Of a stretch of 64,000 nucleotides of DNA, positions 54,688-64,000 are shown piece after piece. This DNA is from Octopus vulgaris (taxonomy: Eukaryota). Within the stretch, counting starts at the first letter, position 1; each line of letters starts with the position of its first letter. The stretch spans positions 2,480,001-2,544,000 of the forward strand of contig OX597819.1 of assembly GCA_951406725.2 (NCBI GenBank), read 5' to 3'. Position numbers and translations under genes: made by a program. Below the pieces are notes generated by a model that saw nothing but the letters and a program-made list of their open reading frames with translations, was not told the origin of the DNA and did not search any database.

Positions 54688-55149
54688 GTAGCCAGACCAG
54701 TAGGTGTCGCTTCTGACAATCTCTGTTCGAAGGTTTTATTTACCTAGCTTCGGTGGAATACATCCACTTGTTTTCAATAATAGAAATATTAAAATTACTA
54801 AGTCTCTCTAAAAGAGAACAACGGCAGCGTTCCCGGAAAATAATAGTTATCGTCATACTAATATGGCATTCTTATAAAAATAAGAATAAAGCTGCCCGCT
54901 TATTAGCTCCATGAGGCCATCTTGTTTTCAATAATAAGCGGACAGCTTTATTCTTATTTTTATAAGAATGCCATATTAGTATGGCGATAACTATTATTTT
55001 CCGGGAACGCTGCCGTTGTTCTCTTTTAGAGAGACTTAGTAATTTTAATATTTCTATTATTGAAAACAAGTGGATGTATTCCACCGAAGCTAGGTAAATA
55101 AAACCTTCGAACAGAGATTGTCAGAAGCGACACATACTGGTCTGGCTAC

Positions 55150-55191
55150 GCTGCATTGAAAAGGGGCAATACCCCGAAACGCGTCTGTAGC
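55150..55191 (+). ncRNA. Minimal type I hammerhead ribozyme (U3-A8 core), inverted unit
   Basis: gctgca TTGAAAA GGGG caata CCCC GAAA CGCG TC tgtagc. 6-bp helix I, perfect helix II, palindromic ACGCGT, GUC ends at 55185. Confidence 0.9.
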
Positions 55192-55348
55192 TGGCGGTCA
55201 AGTAGTGTGGAGCGACTGACCTCCCTTGTTCGAAGGTTATATGGATACAGTTTGTGTATCAAATAGCTAACTTAAGGCGATGGCCTCATGGAGCTAATAA
55301 GCGGACAGCTTTATTCTTATTTTTATAAGAATGCCATATTAGTATGGC

Positions 55349-55848
<500 letters not shown>

Positions 55849-57384
55849 TTAAAAGGAGAATTCAGGTAAGATCAGCAATTTAGAATAATAATACAGTATA
55901 TACTCAACCATAAAATCGGTGTATTTAAATTATTAAAATATATTTAATGTATCACTCATTAAAACATTAAAAAATATTAAGAATTTACAGATACATAAAT
56001 ACATAAAAATATAATAGACATATATGGATAGAAAAACTATATTAATGCATAAAAATATATTAGCATCTAAATGGTATATATTGAAGACATCGTCCTACGT
56101 AGAGATTAAGAGCGTTGTTAAAAGGTATTAAAAATATATTAAAAAATAAAAGTGTAAATTCTCGCGGAAAGGGGAATATAAAAATGTTTAAGCATCCATA
56201 TGGAAATGGATAATAAGGTAGCCAACTTCTTGGATGTCACACTTAACCTTAATACTAATCTTCACTATCCATATAGGAAACCCAACCAAACCCTTCTGTG
56301 CTTAAATATTCTCTTTAATCATCCTAGATCAACCCTCAATATCATGGTAACGGCCATTTCTATTAGAAGTTCAAACTTATCCGCCAATGAGGAGATATTC
56401 AATACTCATGATCCATATTATAACCAAGCTCTAAAATTAAGTGGCCTAAAAGATAAAATATTTTATATCCCGCATACAATACTCAAAATTAAAATTGCCA
56501 ATCTCTTCACGCGAACTAACTCACCATCTAATACTATAGCCTCCTCTTTAAATAAACCAATTAAATATGTAAGAAAATAAAACATTTACAGATAACGCCC
56601 GAATAAATAATGTATCATTTAGGAATTACCATAAGTGTAAATCGTATAACTCCGACCAGCTTAATGATACCAAATATTCAAATTCTAAGAAACGCAAAAT
56701 TATATGGTTCGGTCCACCCTTCCCTCTTTTTGAAAGAAAACTTCCCAAAACATCATAAATATTATCTTTTTTTCAACAAGTCGTCTGTGAAACTTTCGCA
56801 TTCCACTACACCAAATTCAGGATCGGTTATAACTTCCGTTAATAGATCCAAACTTAAACTTAAGAAGTCTACCAACCCAAATCCTTGTATCGCACCCCTG
56901 ACTTTAAAACCCGTACTAGTTCTAATAAAAATTATACACGAGGCCACGCACTACCAGTTGAGGGTACTCCTACCTCAGTTAAACAGAAGATTAATGCTGA
57001 TACAAGAAGAAAAACATGTAATTGTCGCATCCCAAACTCTTGCCTACTTGGATCCTGTCTGCGCAAAAATGTAGTCTATCAGTGCTGTGTAGAGATTCCT
57101 GCCACACAGAGGGTAAAGGTTTACATAGGAAGTACTACTGATTTTAAGCGTCGCTATAGGGATCATTTGAATTCTTTTACTAACTCAAAATATAAATTCA
57201 CAACAACGTTAGCTACATATATGCACGAACTTAAGCTAAAGAATAAACAATATTCATTATCTCGGTTTATAATAGAATCCCCTCCGCATAGTGCAATTAT
57301 TATCCTGCTAACACGTATACCTATTTATAAACCTATTTACTTATTATGGCAGTATATGAGATGTGAATCCTTAACTAATACATT

Positions 57385-57473
57385 CTCCCTGATAAAGGAG
57401 ATAGTGTCTAAAATTTGGATAGCAACATCCTTTATTTGTATGGAATACTATACCTTTGAAACAGCCGTCGGAG
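57385..57473 (+). ncRNA. Degenerate type I HHR in the PLE 3' region
   Basis: ctcc CTGATAA aggagatagtgt...atactataccttt GAAA CAGCCG TC ggag. G8 has changed to A without compensation. Confidence 0.65.
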
Positions 57474-57703
57474 TATCACCACTATTTTGGAATTGGAGTA
57501 CCTCCGTCTAGTCATTGGATACTTTACCTTCCATACAGCTGTTTAAACATTTCTTTACTCACCTTTTCGCGAGGTTTTACACTTTTATTTTAATATATTC
57601 TTAATACCTTTTAACAACGCTCTTAATTTGTAAATAGGACGATGTCTTCATTGTATACCTTTTAAGATGCGAATATATTTTTATGCATTAATATAGTTTT
57701 TCT

Positions 57704-58094
57704 GTGGAGGCGCAATGGCCCAATGGTTAGGGCAGCGGACAAGCGGTCATAGGATCGCGGTTTCGATTCCCAGACCGGGCGTTGTGAGTGTTTATTGAGC
57801 GAAAACACCTAAAGCTCCACGCGGCTCCGGCAGGGGATGGTGGTGATCCCTGCTGTACTCTTTCACCACAACTTTCTCTCACTCTTACTTCCCGTTTCTG
57901 TTGTACCTGTAATTCAAGGGGCCGGCCTTGTCACTCTCTGTGTCACGCTGAATATCCACGAGAACTACGTTAAGGGTACACGTGTCTGTGGAGTGCTCAG
58001 CCACTCGCACGTTAATTTCACGAGCAGGCAGTTCCGTTGATTCGGATCAACCGGAACCCTCGTCGTCGTCGCAACCGACGGAGTGCTTCCAATG
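57704..58094 (+). mobile_element. tRNA-derived SINE inserted in the PLE pLTR with an 8-bp TSD
   Basis: A box tggcccaatgg, B box gtttcgattcc. TSD gtttttct at 57696-57703 and 58095-58102. The pre-insertion site is preserved in the inverted arm near 56030. Confidence 0.92.
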
Positions 58095-59051
58095 GTTTTT
58101 CTACCCATATATGTCTATTATATTTATGTATCTGTAAATTTTTTATATTTTTCAATATTTTAAAAGTGATACATTAAATATATTTTAATAATTTGCATAC
58201 ACTGGTTTTATGGCTGAGTATATATTGTATTATTATTCTAAATTGTTGAACTTACCTGAACTCTCCTTCTAACTGTAATATATATATATAGATATCTAAC
58301 GTCTGAGGTTGTATACTTCATTTCATTTCATTAGCCATGAAGGCCGTATACCGAGGGAGTAGCTTGCGGGCTGGACAAAAAAGATGAATGAAATGAGTGG
58401 TGAAAAGGATGGTATGAATGGGAGAAGGAAAAAGATGCCCGTCGATCTTCTGCTGCTCTAAAACATCATTCTTTTTTTTTTCAAAACGAAAAACAAAACG
58501 AGCTATGAAACCTCTTACCTCAGTCCTACAATTACTGGACTTAATAGTCCATTAGAAATTGAGGTGCTGAGCCTCTTACAAACAATACACAGTTAGGCAC
58601 TAAAGCCTCTTTAACCTTCCTCCCTGATCAGAAGGCGAACCTAAACTGGTCCTTCGGTTGTCTACTTGAGCATTTCACAGAGCTGCCTATGTAATAAACA
58701 AAAATATAACAATATATATATATGTGCATATGCATGTGTGTGTATGTGGGTATATAAATAATTTATTGTATGTATGTATATAAATAATTTATTAGTGACG
58801 GAAGCAATATTAGTACTTAACTTGGATATACTGTAAGAACGCCATAATACTGCAGTATTCGTCTTGAGAGAACATCTTGTATAGACATATAGTGCTAAAA
58901 GACACAAAAGTTACAGCAGGTAGATCCGTTGCCGCTGCTGGACACTTTTCGTCTGCTTTTGATACTTCTGTGCTTTTTCTGTGTCTATACGAGATGCTTT
59001 CTCTAGACAAATAGTGCAATATTATGAGAATCTTACAGTATATCCGCGTTA

Positions 59052-59082
<31 letters not shown>

Positions 59083-59924
59083 CTTCGAAAACTATTTGCC
59101 GAGTGTTTTCTTTTAAATTTACATTAGAAATAAAACTGCCCCTATAGAACATTTAACAGTACGTTTTTTATCTGTTAAGTCGTTTCATCCATGTAAATGA
59201 TTGACCAAAGAACTTTACCAGAAACGTTAACCCTTATATTTTTCAAAACAATGTGCAAATATGAGTAATGATGAAGAAATGAAACCTTCCCGAAACAAAA
59301 GAAGCAGAGCTGGAGAAGGCTCGAATAAAATAATTGCTTTTAACTTAAGTACAAGGCCAGATATTTTTGAGAAGAGGTAAATAGTTGATACTATCAAATC
59401 CAGTATTTGGCTTGTACTTTATTTTATCAAACACAGAGGGATGAAAAAGGCAGTTTATCTTGGTCAGATTTGAACTAATGTTCAAATAAGATAAATTATA
59501 CTAACTACAAAATAAAATTAAAAGGTGTAAGGTAATAGGATGATAAAAATGGTGTCCACCTAGGATACGTTCCAGTAAATATTGATATTTCTGTTCTCTG
59601 AAATTGTAAAAGACACCATTAAATAGATATTCGCATGAATAAACAGTTAGTGCTTGCACATGTAGAGCAAAGAGAAGAAACCTAGCTAGAAATATATTAT
59701 GCGATGAAGAATATCTTATTTATTCTCAGCAATGATCCTGGATTTCTTTACAAAACCATACTCAACCAATCTTGTGCCTTTTTTATGTTTTTTGTTTTTT
59801 GTTTTTCGTGAAGACAGCAGTTAATACGATTGAGGGTTATGGTTCCCTGGTGAGATCAGGATATTACAGAAACATCTATCAAGTTGTCTCTATTACTTGC
59901 CGAAAAATATAAAAATAATATCGA

Positions 59925-60557
59925 TTTCAAATTTTAGCACAAGGCCAGCAATTTCGGGGAAAGGGATAAGTCGACTCCAGTGTTCAACTGGTACCTATTT
60001 TATCGACTTCAAAAGCATGAAAGGCAAAGTCAACCTCGGCAAATTTAGAACTTAGAACATGATGCTAAACATTTTGATTGCCGTGCTAACGACTTTACCA
60101 GCTCACCGACTTGAATATTGCTTTCAAGTTCTGGCACCGGGCCAGCAATTTTAGGGAGTAGTAAGTTGATTATATCGACCTAGTACTCAACTGGTATTCA
60201 TTTTATCGACCTCGAAAGGATGAAAGGTAAAGTCAACCCCGGCAGAATTTGAACTCAGAACGTAAAGACAGACGAAATGCCGTACAGCAATGCACCCGGC
60301 CTGCTAACGATTCTTATTTCTTTATTACCCACAAGGGGCCAAACATAGAGAGGACAAACAAGAACAGACAAAGGGATTAAGTCGATTACGTCAACCCCAG
60401 TGCATAACTGGTACTTAATTTATCGACCACGAAAGAATGAAAGGCAAAGTCGACCTCGGCGGAATTTGAACTCAGAACGTAACGGCAGACGAAATACCGC
60501 TAAGCATTTCGCCCGGCGTGCTAACGATTCTGCCATCTCGCTGCTTTCACCGCCTTG
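59925..60557 (-). mobile_element. Three head-to-tail SINE copies (older fragments also at 59345-59475 and 62225-62350)
   Basis: The core tttatcgac..aaa..atgaaagg.aaagtc.acc.cggc repeats at ~60000, ~60200 and ~60420. Confidence 0.9.
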
Positions 60558-60749
60558 AATATCAAATTAATATCATTTATTCGTTAATGTTTCTTTTTCC
60601 TCTTCCAATAATTGTTTCTAAATACATTTTTAACGATATCTGCAATGGACATGTACACACCTAGCCATTTTTTATTCATGTGGATACCGAAGAAATTTAA
60701 AGTATTTTGGTTTCCTACCTAATATTAAATAGTTGAACGTAGTTGTAAG

Positions 60750-61020
60750 GATGCACGGCCTACTAGTTAGAGTGTTGCATTCATGATCCCGTGGTTATGA
60801 TTTCAATTCCTGGACCGGGTGGTGCATTGTACTCTTGAGCAAAACACTTCATCTCACGTTGCTTTGCGATCACTTCGACACCTGAAGTGTTACACTGTGC
60901 ACCTGTTCAGACACCTGTTGATTTGATGGGGGGGTGCAGCACATATTTGATCACTATAAAACGAATCATTTGCGCAGATTGTTCAGCAAGAAATTGCAGG
61001 ACCGTCTTTATTGAACTACA
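60750..61020 (+). mobile_element. tRNA-derived SINE related to the 57704-58094 head
   Basis: cggcctactagttagagtg...tttcaattcctggaccggg...ttgagcaaaacac. Confidence 0.75.
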
Positions 61021-62057
61021 TCATCAGTATGCGGTTACTGAATATTTAAGCAAATTATCATATATCCAGTCATTAGCATTATTAATTAACTGGACGATAG
61101 CTTGGAATTTATGAGTTTTGAACACTTCAAGTAAGTGCCAATTATAGACCATACAAACAAATTCAAAACGGTAAAAATTCTGTAATTTTATGAAGTTTAA
61201 ATTTCATCAGGTGGAAGATTTTTGCCTGAATTAAAGTTTTCTTTAACATGAATATTAAATTTTTTGTATAATTAATTGTTAAATTTTTAGGAATTATCTC
61301 TCATATTTTATAAAGTTGCTAACAATTGCTGTTAGGTGTTTGTTTTCATTATTCACTTAAGAAATATATTTCAAGTCACTCAAAATTAGTTGCGAATCTG
61401 CCTGAATTACGTCAACACAGGACACTAGCTTAATTCAGTTATTCTGCCCTTGGGGGTTTATGCAAATTATATTAAACAAGATTCTTTGTAACTCCTTGTA
61501 TGTTTGTGAAATGGTATGTCTACAGATCAAAGCACACGTGAGAAGGTTGTGTTGCACTTACTAGTAGCATTTCCATAACTATCGCCTTTTCGAAGAACAT
61601 ATTTTCCGCCTGAACATGAAAATTAAATCTTCTGTGTAATTCATTCTTGGTTACCAGTAATTATCTCCTCTTTTTCTTTAGAATTCGCTAACATTTGTCA
61701 TTAGTCCTTTGTTTACTTTCTCCTGCTAAAAGGCTAACTTCAACACCTTGAGAATTTTTGTGAACGTTAGTCAATATATTAACGTCGTCTCGTTGAGTTA
61801 ACTGAAGTCATATATTGACCTACTTGAGATATTTTTCTTATCTGCCATTTTATAACTTGTCTTAAGTTAATTTTATTAATCACATATTTTAATATGATGA
61901 AATGATAATTCAACCAATTATCACTGTTTTAATAGTCTTAAAAAATATTAATTTTTGTTTCAAAGGTTAATAAAATTTCTATTTCCCTGGTCAATTACTG
62001 ATGTTTGATATCACATACAATAATTCATTTTTAATTCGTGTAATTTTTTCAGCAAAC

Positions 62058-62165
62058 CTCTTTATCAGATAGTCTTTTATTCAACATCAGTGAGATTTCG
62101 TGGAAAGAAAGAACTTCTCCGCCCCAATGAATGAGAACGTTGTTGAAGACGATGCGCAGTTACAT
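62058..62165 (-). other. Candidate exon of an unidentified minus-strand transcript
   Basis: Acceptor tatctatttcag| and donor gag|gtttgc. GC content is higher than the flanks. One frame reads VTAHRLQQRSHSLGRRSSFFPRNLTDVE*. Confidence 0.3.
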
Positions 62166-64000
62166 CTGAAATAGATATAAATTAAATTATAATCGCTTAT
62201 AAAACTTATAACACAGGTACACCGTAGGGTTACGGTGATAAACGATTAAATCAAACCCAATATTTGTGCATATTTTTATCGACTTCGGTTACATGAAATA
62301 CAATTTCGAACTTGACGAAATTTTGACTCAGAACATAATGAAATGTAAATAGATATCGCAGGTCGTTTTCTTCTACCACGTTCTACCTACACAAGCTGAT
62401 GACAAGTTAACCTTCAGAATAACAAAATAACGGTTTCCCCTTCATCTGTTTGTTGAAACCTCATTCCACTCACCACAGATACTGTGAATATCAATCTTTG
62501 GAAATTCATCTAGAAAACGGCATATCTTTACGGCAAGAAATATAGTAACCTGCTTTTGCAACACAACAGCTTTGAGCTGATACAAATGAACAATCGAAAA
62601 AAACTGATCCCACATTGAAAATGGGACACGCTCTAAGATTATACCTATAAAAAGTAATCGTCCTTATCAAAAAAATCTCTTTGTCGACTCGAGAAAACGG
62701 AGAAGCTTCTGTATAATCATAAAGAAATCGAATCAAACCTTTCTTAGCACACGTATCATATTGACTGAATGCCAATATTTTGAGCCAGTACTGCACACAA
62801 TAAAAAATGAATATTTATGATCGAAAATATCTGTAGTATACTTTGCTTAATCAACTGTCACCGCATCATAGATTTGATCCTGTAGAAATAACCAGAATAA
62901 TCCAGCATCAATTTTCACGTTTACTATAGAAATGTAGCAACAGTAAAATCAGTTAGAAACTAAGCATTTGAGAATATATACCCATGGGAAAGCTACAGGT
63001 TGACGTAGGGAAAATATTTTTGAGATTATAGAGAAAGAAGAACTGCTTTGGGAAAAGAAGAGAAATATAAACAAATAGAAACTTGTGAAATTCTTCCGGA
63101 ATATATTAATATTAGTTGCAACATGCAGTATCAGATCAAATTTCTTGCAATACAAATTCAAAATTTAAAAAAACTCACTTTCACTTACCCCAACACCATT
63201 ACCACCCCACCCCCACACCAAAAAACACACACACACACCGACTTAATAATCTCGTGAACTGTTCGACAATCGTCCTTTACTTCTTGCTTTACATATTATG
63301 TATTTCACAATACATCTTGCAAATTTTTCTCCAGTAAATAGTTTCTCTGAAAAATTCAACAACAGAAAGGTAATTTTCTCTAACCTTTCATTCATCCTCC
63401 TCTAGAATGGTCTATACAAATACTTGACACCATATTTTCCATTCTGGAGCACCAAATATAAAAGGCTAATTAATTTTGTTCACTAAAGGGGTACGCACAA
63501 GGCAGAAAGTTCACCTAATTCGTAGAGGGTTAGACAAAGTATCTGTGTTATTTAGTGATGGCCCTTTAACTTTTGACTTCAAATCAAATCGATGGAGACT
63601 TCTCCCTTTCTTGCTGCTAAAATCGATAAAACTATTACTAGTTCAATATCTTCAGTGTATGTCCCCCAGAAATCAATAGATTTGGTAACCAATTGATGGA
63701 TACTTCAGATGAACTAAAGATCAAACAGTTAACTCTATTCACTTTGGTGCGTTTATAATAAATTGTGTAGTAGTAAAGTTATATGCAACTTGATTTAGGG
63801 CAAATGGTATTTCATATAGAATGCATTTTGTATTTTATCACATATTTAATAGAATTTATGAGAATAGATAAGGTGTCAATCATAGATCGCTAGTTCACTC
63901 ACTTTTATTAGTACTGCGTTGTCTTTGTGAAAGATATCGTCATTTTTAACCTCACTCTACCTTGGTAGCCGTCTGCTATTATGGCCATTTATCTTTTAGC

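Larger units (their letters stand above)
54063..55348. mobile_element. Retrozyme-like array: ~2.4 tandem units (354 nt, 363 nt, partial) plus an inverted ~1.15 unit
   Basis: The unit start atagaaatattaaaa recurs at 54063, 54417 and 54780. 54932-55348 is its reverse complement. One HHR per full unit, no recognisable protein domain, (TA)n on both sides. Confidence 0.9.
55850..58277 (+). mobile_element. 5'-truncated Penelope-like element with inverted partial pLTR at the 5' end
   Basis: NFLDVTLNL, PYRKPN, NHP, NFPKHHKY, CNCR..C...C and NVVYQC..VYIGST..FKRRY.DH. 55855-56205 is inverted relative to 57530-57703 + 58103-58270. Confidence 0.9.

Noticed and set aside
54063-55348. CRISPR array or simple satellite interpretation of the tandem repeat
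   Set aside because: Units are 354-363 nt and wholly repeated with no unique spacers, there are no cas genes, and the context is eukaryotic. The per-unit ribozyme fits a retrozyme/pLTR array better.
57704-57785. tRNA gene
   Set aside because: A and B boxes are present, but there is no complete acceptor stem. The sequence continues into a SINE body bounded by a TSD.

Overview
This is AT-rich, repeat-saturated eukaryotic DNA. The SINE families and microsatellite load point to a cephalopod, most likely Octopus (inference). No intact host protein-coding gene is recognisable, and almost all ORFs in the supplied track are microsatellite artefacts. The window is a mosaic of (TA)n/(TG)n/(TATG)n/(TAA)n/(GGAT)n repeats and decayed mobile elements: CR1-group, RTE and R4-like LINEs, three Penelope-like elements (PLEs), Tc1, mariner, DD37D and hAT transposons, MITEs, a non-autonomous Helitron and tRNA-derived SINEs. 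The main finding, read by eye, is about 20 type I hammerhead ribozyme (HHR) motifs from roughly ten sequence families on both strands. Most have a palindromic helix III. Several carry the compensatory U3-A8 core (UUGAnAA) or a very long helix II, and many sit in inverted or fold-back arrangements inside (TA)n tracts. The best case is a 354/363-nt tandem array plus an inverted copy (54063-55348) with one HHR per full unit, the architecture of a non-LTR retrozyme that could release a 363-nt (circular) RNA. All folds were paired manually, and none has been tested computationally or biochemically.
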